Assembly: GCA_951406725.2 (NCBI GenBank)
Contig: OX597824.1
Span: 32,426,001 to 32,490,000 of the forward strand
From: Octopus vulgaris
Lineage: Eukaryota
DNA: 64,000 nucleotides
Reading direction: 5' to 3'
The translations under genes and the position numbers were made by a program. The notes beneath the pieces were generated by a model. The model made no database searches and was not told the DNA's origin. It saw only the letters and a list, made by a program, of their open reading frames with translations. The stretch's first letter is position 1; each line of letters opens with the position of its first letter. Positions 1 to 14,331 of the stretch are shown piece after piece.

Positions 1-23
1 ATATCTGAAGGCATATATGTATG

Positions 24-158
<135 letters not shown>

Positions 159-635
159 ATAGATAGATAGATAGACATATATATATATATATATATATAT
201 ACATACACATACATACATACGTATTTATGTGAACCTAACAAATAACAAAATAATAAAAACAAACTGGTAAACTAGACATGTTAGTTAATGTTCTAAAAGT
301 TATAACAAAAAAGTGTTACGAAAGAGGAATTATATTAAACAAGTTAATAAGAAAACAATAAAAATGTTTAACATTTTGTGTTCATACTAAATTCTAGATA
401 TATATTAATCTAAAATATTTAGAAATTGTTTTAGGAGCTAAATGTTTGGAATAACACTTTCATTTCTACTTGTGAATTTTGCTTAAGAAATATTTGGGAT
501 TTCTTAACAAAACTTGAGTAGATTATGTTATATAGGAAAATGGTGCGGTGATGAGGAATAGGAGAATATAAGTTATATAACTAAAAATGAAATGCTGAGG
601 CATTTTGATGTCACTAAACTGATATTTAACTAGGC

Positions 636-693
<58 letters not shown>

Positions 694-695
<2 letters not shown>

Positions 696-898
696 CCAGT
701 TCTGTATTTAAGAAATGAGGAATTGTGTACATTATTTACATTATTTACATTTGACGGATATTTGTCCTCATCTTGTTTGCTCTTAACACAACGTTTCGGC
801 TGACATTACCCTCCAGCCTTCTTCAGGTATCTTGGGGAAATTTCGAACCTGGGTTCTCATTCCTAAGGTATTTTTCGATGTTATTATTATTATTATTA

Positions 899-955
<57 letters not shown>

Positions 956-1092
956 TCCCTGCCTGGAATCGAACTCAGAATCTTGGGGTTAGTAGCCCGT
1001 GCACTTAACCACTATGCCATATGCTCACGAATTGTGTTAATAACAAGCAAGATGAGGACAAATATCCGTCAAATGTAAATAATGTAAATAAT
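694..1092. mobile_element. Penelope-type terminal fragment with an inverted repeat (729-790 vs 1032-1092) and a hammerhead motif
   Basis: attatttacatttgacggatatttgtcctcatcttg is mirrored by caagatgaggacaaatatccgtcaaatgtaaataat; embedded between (ATT)n tracts. Confidence 0.6.
785..831 (-). ncRNA. Minimal type I hammerhead ribozyme motif
   Basis: GAUAC-CUGAAGA-A-GGCUG[GAGGGUAAUGU]CAGCC-GAAA-CGUU-GUGUU: conserved core, stems I and II, palindromic minimal stem III. Confidence 0.6.
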
Positions 1093-1469
1093 TATTATTA
1101 TCATTATTATTAAGATGATGGTGGTAGTGGTTGAGGTGATGATGATGATGATGGTGATGAGTTTATATTGTGTAGCTGCTTCTCTGTTTTACCAGTTCCA
1201 GATTATTGCACAGTTGCACAAAATACTAAACTTAGGTTGATGTATAAAGAATTGCAGTTTTGTTAATTTAAACCTGGATACATTTCTTGAATAAACTTTT
1301 ATTTAGATATATGTATTTGGTATAAATTTTAGTCTAATGATTTATGCTAATGATTTTTGCTAATGATTTAGGCTGATAATTTATACTAATGATTTTACTT
1401 TTACAATTTGTTTATATATTTTAGTTTGTCAAATTAAATATGAAGAAAAAAGCAAATTAACAATTTTGG

Positions 1470-1897
1470 GCACCATCCAAGCATGATTGTTGCCAGAGCA
1501 GCTAACTGGCTTCCATGCTGGTGGCACGTAAAAAGCACCATTTGAGCGTGATCATTACCAGCATCGCCTTACTGGCACTTGTGCTGAGGGCACATGAAGA
1601 AACTTTCAAGTGAGGTCACTGCTAATGTCGGTGGACTGGCTCCTGTGCAGGTGGCATGTAAAAACACCATTCGAGCATGACTGTTGCCAGTACTGCCTGA
1701 CTGGCCCTCGTGCCAGTGGCACGTAAAAGCACCCACTACACTTTCAGAGTAGTTAGTGTTAGGAAGGGCATTCAACTGTAGAAACTCTGCTAGATCAAGA
1801 CTGGAGCCTGGTGCAGCCATCTGGTTCGCCAGCCCTCAGTCAAATCGTCCAACCCATGCTAGCATGGAAAGCGGACGTTAAACGATGATGATGATGA
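1470..1897 (+). mobile_element. SINE/LINE 3' part with RTE-type tail ending in (GAT)n
   Basis: aggaagggca...caacccatgctagcatggaaagcggacgttaaacgatgatgat; the same tail recurs at 55622-55794, 15020-15130 and inverted near 25890-26045. Confidence 0.7.
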
Positions 1898-1924
1898 TTG
1901 TTTGTGTTTTTTTTTTCCTTGCCT

Positions 1925-2053
1925 ATCATGGGCCCATAGTTCTGGGTACAGTCCCACTGCATGGCACCTTGGGCAAGTGTCTTCTACTATAGCCTCGGGC
2001 CGACCAAAGCCTTGTGAGTGGATTTGGTAGACAGAAACTGAAAGAAGCCCATC

Positions 2054-2099
<46 letters not shown>

Positions 2100-2318
2100 A
2101 TATGTTTGTGTGTCTGTGTTTGTTACCCCCTGCGAACATTGCTTGACAACCGATGCTGTTGTGTTTACGTCTGCGTAACTTAGTGGTTCGGCAAAAGTGA
2201 CCAATAGAATAAGTACTAGGCTTAAAAAGAATAAGTCCTTGGGTTGATTTGCTCGACTAAATGCAGTGCTCCAGCATAGCCACAGTCAAATGACTGAAAC
2301 AAGTAAAAGAGTAAAAGA
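1925..2318 (+). mobile_element. CORE-type SINE with internal microsatellite
   Basis: accttgggcaagtgtcttctactatagcc...gactgaaacaagtaaaagag; further copies at 62330-62730 (+) and 23400-23750, 33840-34200, 59467-59870, 60160-60540, 62098-62300 (-). Confidence 0.8.
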
Positions 2319-2739
2319 CTAAAAACTGCACTATGAAATTCCATCTCAACCAGCTTATACCCCAGACCTTTCTCAAAACATCGCATTTTCAAGCATTTCC
2401 ACAGCTTACCATGAATGAAGGTCACCAAAAGCCCAGCAGCAGCTCAAAAGAACTTCAAAGAATTTATGAGTTTCAGGACTCCATAATTATACCAGAATAA
2501 ATAGCCTTACGTTTCATTGGCAAAAATATGTAGACTCTAATGGTCGTTATTTTGATTGCTATATTGCTTTAAAACTGGTTAAAACCTGCAATTATTTTTG
2601 CATCAATCTGATATTTAATATTTTAAAAAATATGACTCAAAATTCATTTGAAGAAAACTATTATTATTATAATTATTGTTATAATAGTAATAATAATAAT
2701 GATAATAATAATAATAATAATAATGATAATAAAAATGAT

Positions 2740-2775
<36 letters not shown>

Positions 2776-2819
2776 TATTATTATTATTATTATTAATGTT
2801 ATTATTATAGTTACTGTTG

Positions 2820-2853
<34 letters not shown>

Positions 2854-3193
2854 ATTCCACCAAGGTCAACTTTGCTTTTCATCCTTTTGGGGTTGATAAA
2901 TTAAGTACCAGTTGAGTAATGGGGTTGATGTAATCGTCTTACTCTTCCCTCAAAATTTCAGGCTTTGTGCCTATAGTATAAAGGACTACTGCTACTACTA
3001 CTAATTCCAGCTTAATTTAACATCTGGGGAAAGTTATTGCCTCAATCGATCTGGGAGGCATAAAATGTGCCAGGATGCGACAAAGCCATTTGAGTTGAAG
3101 GAAGAGAACTATGAAAGAATTATATCCTGCATCCTCATTATTTTAAAAACTTTCCTTCAAACATTCATATGTGAAAATTGATGCGAATGACTG

Positions 3194-3655
3194 TTATTAT
3201 CATTATTATTATTATTATTATTATTATTCAGTAGTTTTATTTTTATAGCGTGCTTTCACTTCACTACCGAGCGCAGCTCTGTGTGCCTTGGGTATGTGCT
3301 GTGATTTGTTGTGATGCTCTGATGGTTATTGTATGGAAAGTGTTCTGCATAGGATGTGTGCAGTGCCTAGTAGTGCAATTTTCTGTATGTTATATGTGTT
3401 TGTAAGTCCTGGTGTTTTTGTTATGTATTTGTCTGAATATTTTTTTATCATGCCTAATGCATCTACTATGATAGGAATTGTTTCTGTTTTCAGATTCCAC
3501 ATTCTAGTTACCTCTATTTCCAGGTCTTTGTATTTTGAGAGTTTCTCCATTTCTTTTAGAGACACGTTGTCATCTGCCGGTATTGATACATCAATTAGAA
3601 AGCATTTTTTTTCTTCATGATCTCTGACAACTATATCTGGTCTGTTGGCCTTATA
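3194..3655 (-). mobile_element. R4/Dong-like non-LTR retrotransposon 3' end (restriction-like endonuclease) with (TAA)n tail
   Basis: RPDIVVRDHEEKKCFLIDVSIPADDNVSLKEMEKLSKYKDL...KIALLGTAHIL; flanked by ATT/TAA microsatellites. Confidence 0.85.
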
Positions 3656-3793
3656 TCATTATTATCATTATTATCATTATTATTATCATTATTATTATTA
3701 TTATTATTATTATCTTTATTATTATTATTATCATTATTATCATTATTATTATTATTATTTTTATTATTATTATTATCATTATTATCATTATTA

Positions 3794-3825
<32 letters not shown>

Positions 3826-4719
3826 GTTATTATTATATATATTATTATATTATATTATATTATTACACTATATTATCATTATCATTGTTTCTGATTTAGG
3901 TCCAACGCCAGCAATTTTTCTGTCCTTCTGTATTCTGAATTCAAATTCTACCAAAGTCAACTTTGCCTTTCATCCTTTTGGGTTTGATAAAATAAAGCAC
4001 CAGTCAAGCTCGTGATCGATGGCATCCACTATGACACACCCCTCAAAAACTGCTGGCCTTGTGCTTAAATCAGGACTAATTATTATTACAGCATCTTTTA
4101 TTCAGGTATTAACTTACTTCTAAATGTGTAGAGACTTACAGCAATTCTCAAGAAGAAAATAAATATTGTAACAAGAGATAAATGTAGAAGACTCTGCTGT
4201 GGTTCTTCCATACATAAATATATATTCACATTCATACATACATGTAGATAGGAACCAAAAGAAGCTTTTGGCTACATGCACACATGTATGCACGCATATC
4301 TTTTGTGCATGGATGTGTGTATGTTTATGTCTCCTTGTTTCCACATTACACTATAGTTGGAAATGATTGTTACCATCATACAAATAGTGTCCTCCTGTGG
4401 AAACATGTCCAGCCGCAGTGAAGTATTACCTAGCTTGAATGCAATTTGAGAGTTGGTGACATGAAGGGCGTCTGGCCATAAAAAAAATCTGCTTTAACAA
4501 ATTTCATCTGATCCATTCAAGCAAGCAAAATTAGACATTATAATGGTGATGAGGTTGGATATAGCTATGTTCTAGGGTTAGGTATGTTTTTACAAAAGAT
4601 TAGAAATAAAAGACACTGCTTGTGTGATGATGACACTCATTTATAACTATTTATGATGTCAAAGCAAGGACATACACACAAAAATATAGATATACATGTA
4701 TATTTATACATACATATTA

Positions 4720-5389
<670 letters not shown>

Positions 5390-6886
5390 GTGTCCGTATA
5401 TGAATACATATATACTTGAGTATATTTAATTATACATATACACATATGTACATGTATATAAAGAATAAATTAACATCAAAGAATGCCAGGAACCAAGAGC
5501 TAGGAAAAGTTTTTCAGACAAAAGTAACAAATTTGATATTTTTTTTCTTCTGAAAGAAAAATAATGATACATGGAATTTGCTAGTTTATATATTAATAAT
5601 GATCTCTTGTGACATGTAAATCAGTATGTAGGTTAGTTGGTGACATAAATGGTGAGGGGGATTTTGTTTTTCATATGTAGATGAGACAGATAACGTAAAA
5701 ATCCTTATGTATCTAACAAAAGGTGAACTGGCCACAGAAAGTAAAGCTATAAGATAGATGGGAATTTAAAATTTAATTGTATGTATATTATTAAAGAAAA
5801 TGTAGTTTTCCACTCCACCATGCCTGCTTTTAATATGAAAGTTAAAGAACCTCACAAAAATAGAATATTAAATAAGATTATTTATTCTGCAAAATATAAT
5901 GAGTTAAATTAAATGAATTATTTAACCAGTGAATTAGGAAACAAAAATATCGAATTAATGCAATATTTGCCTCTATTCGAGAAAACATGGGGAAAACAGA
6001 AAAGAAAAAAAAAAGAATGTTTTTTTTTTCCTTTCAGAAACTGTGGACCAAAATCAAAAGAAAAATTGAAAATTTATTATAAAGAAATAAAAATAGAAAA
6101 AGACAGAAAGTTCAAAATTCAGTTTGAATAGTAAATATGTTCAATTAAATGAAATGGGGATTAGTAATGTCAATGATTAAAGAACAAGTAAATTAGTTAA
6201 GACTTATGATGGCTTTGATGTTTTATATAAAATTCTGCATCATTTTTCCTTGCAGATAAATTTGAGAGAAATGAAAGAAGTTGGAAGCAATTTAGAATCT
6301 ATGATTTATTAACTTAATTTGTATGTTAATTTTAAAACGATTCATCTCATAGAAATAATATAACTATGAAAGATAGTAATTTCTCACTAGGTTCTGTTTA
6401 TGGAACTCAGGAAGTGGTTCTCTGTTTATTATTGAATTATAACCAAAATAGTTTGGTCTGCAATACATTATAACTATTTTCTAAACTTGTCATGTAATTT
6501 GTGATAAGACTTCCTCTTTGATTATTTCTTTAATAAAACTGGGAATTATGTAATTGATATGTTTTTGAAACTGTAGCCAAATAAAGTATTTAAAAAGAAA
6601 TAAAGTGTATATATACGAGAAAATTATCTCTATGATATCTATTTGCAAAAATAGATTTCTAAAAAGTCAAATTATTATTCAGAATCACAAATTCCTTTTC
6701 TTTCATTCCTGTAACCTCTAAACTATATAAATAAATTTTTCAAACATTTTGTTTCTCTAGTAAAGAGAAAGAAAATGAAATAATTTTTATTAATGTCGGC
6801 TCAAATAAAGTATGTTTGTTTCTATCTTTTAGAAACCATCGACTTCATTAGTGAGAAGAGGAAAAAGTGCATAGAGAAGACCATAC

Positions 6887-6934
6887 CATCTGACCCCTCT
6901 TCAGGTTTAGCTTCACCTTCTGATGTACTGACAT
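6887..6934 (-). CDS. RyR: Probable RyR cassette exon: DVSTSEGEAKPEEGSD
   Basis: tttgcag acceptor, G/gtatgg donor, 48 nt, phase 1->1 and open in frame with the preceding exon; purine-rich; no recalled homologue. Confidence 0.65.
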
Positions 6935-8858
6935 CTGCAAACACATGCATGAACCAGAAGACCAATTAAGAACTAATGAATACAATTTGAAAATGTTCCA
7001 AAACCTCTCCTGATTATTGAAGAACAGATTAAGGGATCATATTTCACAAATTATAAAATAATTTACTTCAAATGAAATGCCAATCCCTGAGATCACAACA
7101 GAGGAAATAGGCTAAAATCAATCAATGTACAAAGAAACAAATGTCTGAATTGTTGGAAACTATTAGAAGAATTAGCAAACATGTCATCATCATTTTTAGA
7201 ACACAGACATATATTTTTGAATAAGACAATGACACATAGCTGCTGGTGATAATATTAAATACAAACATATCATAAATGTGTATTCACTATAAATGTATGT
7301 ATATTTATGATATAATTTGAAAATGCATTACATGAGCAACTGTATGTATATAATCAAACAGTATAAGTTTAAATTTCATTGGGGTTCTCTTCTATTTTCT
7401 GTTCCTGTTAATAAAATGGGGTTCCTCCAAAGGATCTTTGGAGGAATGTTACTTGATAGGGTGCACAGGTAAGAAATCAGGAAGATTCTCCAGGTAGAGC
7501 CAGTACTACTATGCAACAGTCTCAGCTGGCCACACTTGAGAATTCAGGCAAAAAGTGTAATAACAGTAGTTTCTGATAAGATCTACAGAGTTGGTACCTG
7601 AGGACTCTACCTCCACAATCCTTCTCGTAGTAGTAGGCAAAGGAAATGGAGGGATGGAGAAAGAAAATAAGCATCAATAATATTACTTACGAATACTTTT
7701 TATTTTGTCAGAATAAATAAGTAGTTAATGTTGGCATCTAAGGCAGAAAATATGATTGTTAAAGACTATTAAAGCAGTGTTTAATCTATGAATGTTATAA
7801 CGTGTAGTGTGTGTTAGTTCGTGTATATACATACGCTTGTGTGTGTATGTGTAGACATCGTATATACAAATGTGGTAGTGTATGCATGTGTGTACAATTT
7901 TCATCTATGCCATCCCAATGATAGCGACAACTGTGGCAATCCAAGTCTCCCTGTGTATGTATTTATAAGTAATAGTGAGAATATTACTAGGATAACCTGG
8001 AGACATACACAAGCCCTAAAATACACCAGATGTGACAGCATCTAAGAAAGAAAGGACCTTATAGATACATAATGGAATGGAAAGATCAGACAGGAAACTT
8101 CTAATCTAAAAGACAAAAAAGAAAAGGAACCCATATATTGGAAACTTAGAAGGTTCTCATGCATGATATGGATGGACGTTTTGTTGAGATGAAAGTAAGA
8201 ATATTGCTTTTGTCAAAGGCCATTAGGATTGGGACATCACAGGTGCATGTGACAGAGGAAATCATATCTCCAATATGATTTTATCGAAAGCAAACTGATT
8301 GGAGTGATTGTTGATCCGAGAAGATGACATAATGCTGTTTATTATGACTGTGTTCTCTCATCCCTGAGATATTGAAAGTAAGACTGATAGGTCAGTGTTT
8401 GACCATTTTGGGTGTGAGAATGTCTGTTTATGTGGATTTGTATAAATTCCTATGCAAAGAGAAATACTGAAAAGTTTGATGAAGATGAGCTTATTTTGAT
8501 GAGCAGAGATATGGTAAACATCACCAGTGGGTCTTGCTGAACTCTCTGAAGGTTTAATTATATTTCTGAGACATGATAATATAAGTTTAAAAATCTTCAT
8601 ACTCGTCAAACTATAAGCCATAATTTTATTGTAGAGCAATGGCCTCATTTAATGAAATCAGAAAGAAAATGATGTAAAGAAGAATTTGCACCAATCAAAA
8701 AGGCAAAAATTACGCTGCAGTTATTTCTGTGTTGAATATTTACAGAGTTAAAAATGCAATAACGTTGATGACTATGGCAATCCAAAAGGCATTAATGGAC
8801 TGAAAGCATTTTAAAATTGTTCATTAAGAAAGTTTGTTAAATTATTTTGAAAACCTAC

Positions 8859-9007
8859 CTTGTGCTTCCAGTGAATGTTCAGCAATATTTCCTTTAATTC
8901 CATACATTACAGAAAATTTATTATAGGTATTGAGTTTAGGTTCCAAAAATGCCACCGGAAAACAGCTAGCAAAAGCTCCAATGCATTCACCAAGAACAGG
9001 CCGATGT
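8859..9007 (-). CDS. RyR: RyR exon: [27 protein letters not shown]...IAEHSLEAQ
   Basis: tag/gtaggt, 149 nt, phase 2->1. Confidence 0.95.
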
Positions 9008-9783
9008 CTAAAGATTTTCAGAAAGGACAAAAATAAAAGAAAATTTAAATTACATTAAGTTTCATTAAAACAAAAAGGAAAGAACAACTGAAAATTTGAA
9101 ACAAAAGATGGTTATTAATATTCTGAACTGTTTATTGTTTCCTCCAGAAGATAAAATGACGATCTAGAAATAAAATAACTCAATAAAATGTCACTTAAAA
9201 ATATTGACTTTGAAATGAAATAATAATAAGAAACAAAGATTTATTGTGAGAGGGAATAATACTGAGAATATGGCACTGGAAAATCATCCTCTTTATTGCA
9301 AAAAAGATATTGAACTTGCTTACATTTAAGAAAATTTAGCCAAAATATTTCTTTACCACAGAAAATAATATAAAATCGTTTTATTCAGTAGTAATGATGT
9401 AACAAATAATACAGTAGCTTCTTAGCATATCGTTAGGTTAAATAGGTTAATAAATTTATAGTTTTATCAATAAAATATCTTTGATTTTATGAGAAACTTA
9501 ATACTTGTGTAAGTTTTATATACAAGATTTAACAATTTTTCTAAATGCACTATAATTTAATATTGTATGCAATCAAAAATAATTATAAAGCAAGAAAATC
9601 TTTACTGCATAAAGCAATTGGAAAGCTGGTTTAGTAAGAATTGAGACAGAGTTAATGCACAAACAGCTGTCAACATTCAGAAATATAACTACATGAAATT
9701 AAAAACAAACAAAAATCCAAAATAAATAACATGCAAAATGATAAACATTTAATGAGTTTCAATTTAATAATTTGTGTTACTGC

Positions 9784-9836
<53 letters not shown>

Positions 9837-10459
9837 TGATTATTAAGGTGGTGAACCAGCAGAATTGTTAGTATGCCGGACAAAATGCTTGGCAGCATTT
9901 CGTTCATGTTTACATTCTGAGTTCGAATTCTGCTGAGGTCAGCTTTGCTTTTCATCCTTTCTGGGTCGATAAAATAAGTACCAGTTGAATACTGGGTCAA
10001 TGTAATTGACTATCCTCCTCCCCCAAATTCCAGGCCTTGTGTCTATTATAGAAATGATTATTATCATTGTTGTTGTTGTTGTTGTTGATGATGGTGTTAT
10101 AAGAATTTACACCCTTTTGGGAGAACATGAAATAATTTTTTAATGGAACAGTGGATCTTGAAGCACATAAAGCTATAAAAAAATAACATGGAAATATTGG
10201 GTTGAAAAACTCTTTGGGATTGAAAACTTCAAAGGTTGTCTATTATTTAAAGATTTATGAGCTTTGAGATTCACTGTTCAAAAGAGAGTTATTATTACTA
10301 TTATTACTTTTAATCTGCATGTTTGTTACGATCACTTGCTGAGACACACCCAGCATCTTAGGTCAAGTGAAGGATAAGAGATGTTACAGTATGACTGAAA
10401 GCTTGGGAAGGGGAAGTGGCAGGGGCAGTGGTGAAATATCTTCATGTAATACAACACAG

Positions 10460-10662
10460 GCATTTAAATGGATAGAGTTTTTCTAAGGATGTGGGCAGTA
10501 CTTGCTAGCACAATCTTTTAGATTTCTCAGAGACCTGGTTCTCCTGGGGTATTATCTAAATGTTTCTGACATCCTTTTTTATCATACCTAGGGCACCTAC
10601 AATAACAGGAACAGTTCTCACTTTAAGATGCCATGTCTTTTGTATTTCAGTTTCCAGGTCCT
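10460..10662 (-). mobile_element. Second, more decayed R4/Dong-like 3' fragment
   Basis: DLETEIQKTWHLKV..VIVGALGMIKK..KIVLASTAHILRKTLS; abuts (ATT)n. Confidence 0.75.
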
Positions 10663-13600
10663 TATTATTATTATCATTATTATTATTATTATTATTATTA
10701 TTAATTTTTGTTTAGCATAATTTTATCCTTTGACATGCAAGCAATCAAAATAATTGTAATAGTGTGCCTATATGTATATGTAATTATTACTTTGAACTTG
10801 TATTTCAATTAAGGAATTTAAAATATTTTATATTATTTAAAGCTATGGATTTATAAAATAAACTAAACTAACCAGTTACTAGAGAGAAAAAAACAGAGGA
10901 ACTCTATAAGCAAAAATTTTGTTTTAAAACTTATGTGAATAACATTACAAATCGTTGAGGATAAATGATCAGTATTTATTGTTGTTGTTGTTTGAAATAC
11001 ATCTTGAAATGACTACTGCTACAAGAGGAACTTATTTCATTAACACTGGAAAGATGAAAGACAATGTCAACTCAGGTTTTGATCTCGAAATGTAATAATA
11101 CATGGATACAAATGTCAGAAATTTGGGAGAGAAAATACTCAGACAGTCAACTATATTGAGTCCGGTATTTGACAGGCACTCTATTTTATTCAACAAGGTG
11201 GGATGAAAAGTAAAGTTGACCTTGGTGGGATTTGAACTCATAATGTATAGAACTGGAAGAAAAAATGTAAGGCATTTTAATCTGATATTCTACTGATTCT
11301 GTCAATATACCACTCTTTGGAACATAATAAGAATGGTTTCAAATTACGGCACGAAGCCAGCATATGTTTTAGGGGCTGGAATAAGTTGATTTCATCAAAC
11401 CTAGTGGTCAACTGGAAGTTATTTTATTAACCCCAAATGGATGACAAACGAAGCAAGTTTGGAAGTATCTGAACTCAGAATGCAATGCTAGATTAAATGC
11501 TGCTAAGCATTTAGTCCAGCATACAACTGATTCTGCCAGCTAACTACATAAATGTAATAATAATGGTAAAAGTTTCTTATATTGGCACAAGACCAGTCTT
11601 TTTTTAGTAAGGGATTAAAATAGACAGAATCAAGTCTCTGTAAGTTTCTGGTACTTTATTGACCCTTGAGTTAGGATTTCTGCTGAAATTTCTAAAAAGA
11701 TGTAACTATACCAATAGGTGTTTTGTCCAACACTCTTGATTCTGTCATCAATGATAATAGTAGTTTTGTTATGTACATTTTGCATAGGTTATATATTTGT
11801 AAGAACAAGCTATAACTGACTACAGTATATTACTGGTACTTATTTATTAACCCTTCAAGGATAAATGCACAAATCTTTCATGAAGGTGCAAACATTAAAT
11901 CAACTTCAAAAACATTTTGTTGCTAATATTTTTGAAGATTATTAATTAATAATATCAAACTTTTAAAATGGGTACAAGTATAACCTTGTTGATTTAATAA
12001 AACTCATTCTATTTAATCTTAAGAGAAGAATTATAAATTTAACGGGGTTGGTATTTGAGCTTTAAAGACTGAGGTTCTCAGTTTTAGATATTGTTCTCTA
12101 TTAGTAATTAAACCACAACTATCAGCTATGTTTCAACGAATTAACATACTATAAATAGATATATAATGCAATCAATCAGCATTCCTTGATTTCAAATTAC
12201 ATCTAAAGAGGGAGCTACAAAACTATTTATACACATTTTAAAATTATAGAAGCTTAATTGATTAGATTAATTAATATTAATTGACAAAGGAGCATTTAAT
12301 TGAATGTTAGTATTTTAATTTATCTTCATGTATGAAAGAAATTTGAAATTTTTGGTAATATATTCTTGTATCAGTATAGGTTTTTATGCATATAGTATTG
12401 ATAGACGTGTAATTGTGTTGTGTGTACCTTTCATGTACACTTAATATTAATCAATGGTTAATTAAATTAAACCTCAAAAATTGTTGTCTAAGAACATTAG
12501 GGGTTTTAGCATAGAGCTAACATTACTAGTAATAATCAGGAAAAGAGTATTTTAAAATACAAAACAAATAGAAAAAAGACTCAAGGTCAGGAACATATTA
12601 AAAGACAATCTAAAATAATTGTAACAATTGTAATAAACTAAACATTTTCAACTTCAAAAAACACAGTATGTGATGTATAGAATTGTAATTAAACCAAAAT
12701 GATGGTAACAAACTGAAACTTTAAATTGTATTGCACTTTTTGAATCTCCTCTAAAATACATATATATTGGTATTATTTAATATTTTGACTCATAATGTGC
12801 TGCTTTAATTTAGATATGAATAATTTGAATAATTATAAAATATGCAAGTTGTAATACAACAAGGAAGGCATACAATAAATAGCAAAACAAAATAACAATG
12901 GCAAGAATATAGATAGATAAATGGTGATAATGTGGCATTGAAGCTGTGCGACAATAAATGATAGTTATGGCAGAGTCACAAATATTAACATAGGTGCTCA
13001 GATATACTCGTGTATTTATAAATAAATAAGGAAGAGTTTTTGAACTAAAGTGATCTACTCTCATCTAACAATTTTAATGTATAAGGCTAAGTAGCTTATA
13101 TTTTGTGCAGTGTGCCAAACTTAAAGAAAAATATGAGAAACTGAATATATTAGGGGAGGAAAAATAATAAAGATGCTGCTGTTGATGTCTAAAAAGTTAA
13201 GTATTTAATAAACAATATACTTTTTCTTTTTAAATGTTACTTATCAGAAATAGAACTAATTTGTGTCATTTATGTCATAATTATTTTATCGTCTTTAATT
13301 TTTGAAAAGCAGTCTAATAGAAAAAGTAATTTAATTTGAAGCTATGAGTTAATTAGTAATTTTAAAAAAACATAGTTATGATTATTTTTGTTAAACTAGT
13401 TATGATTTTATATAATGAATTAAATTAAGTTAATTAAGATATTAAGTTTACATATCCAAGAAAATATTGAAATACAATTTGTTTGTGATTCTTGAGAAGC
13501 TGAAAATTATATAGAATTCGGTACTGCATTAGTTTTAAAATATAGTTACTAAGTGAGTAGCTGAAAGAAGTTTAACCATTCAGATCGGAAATATTAGAGT

Positions 13601-14260
13601 ACAATTAATGTTCTTCCAATTTAGAATGTCTGGTTATCTGTTCTGATGATATTAAAGATCAAGTATGTTAATAATTATTGGCATTGATGAAAGGACACGA
13701 AAATGGACATACAGTAATGTATGGAGGTACATTAGGGTATGTGAAGGTTTAGCTTTAGCATCAAGATGCTACTCTATCCCAAGTAAGATTCCTAGGAAAT
13801 CTGGCGACTATTTCTGACAGGATGGACGGTTCAGGTCAAATACATAAAAAAGATATATGCACAAACACACACACACGCACACATAAACACACACAAGCAC
13901 ACACACACGTATATATATGTCAAAATTTGAGAGATTACACATGAACAATGGAACAATAAAAGAACTGAGAGAACAATTGTGCGTAACAGGAATTAGATGT
14001 AGTGTGCATGAGAGAAGACTACATGACTCTTGGCCACAGATATGTCAAGCAATCCAGACAGAAGGAACCTGCAGAAGAGGAAGACTGGACATTGTCATCT
14101 GTATGAGATTATCTTCAAAATTTGTATTGTAGTATTCTGGACTTGAAGATTGTCCAGAATACATTTGTTTCTGTAATCTGTTTGGATTCACTGTGATAAA
14201 AAAACTTACTGTTAGGTATAAGGAAAGAAGTTAGAATTGGAAATACACAAGATAATTCTA

Positions 14261-14331
<71 letters not shown>

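Noticed and set aside
2410-2452. Possible exon before a gtaagc donor
   Set aside because: Poor acceptor and no resemblance to the expected next RyR segment, which seems to lie beyond position 1.
7453-7582. AG...GT-bounded GC-richer segment as the next RyR exon
   Set aside because: Stops in all three frames and no RyR similarity.
13241-13255. 15-nt in-frame microexon candidate
   Set aside because: No pyrimidine tract and a weak donor; expected by chance.
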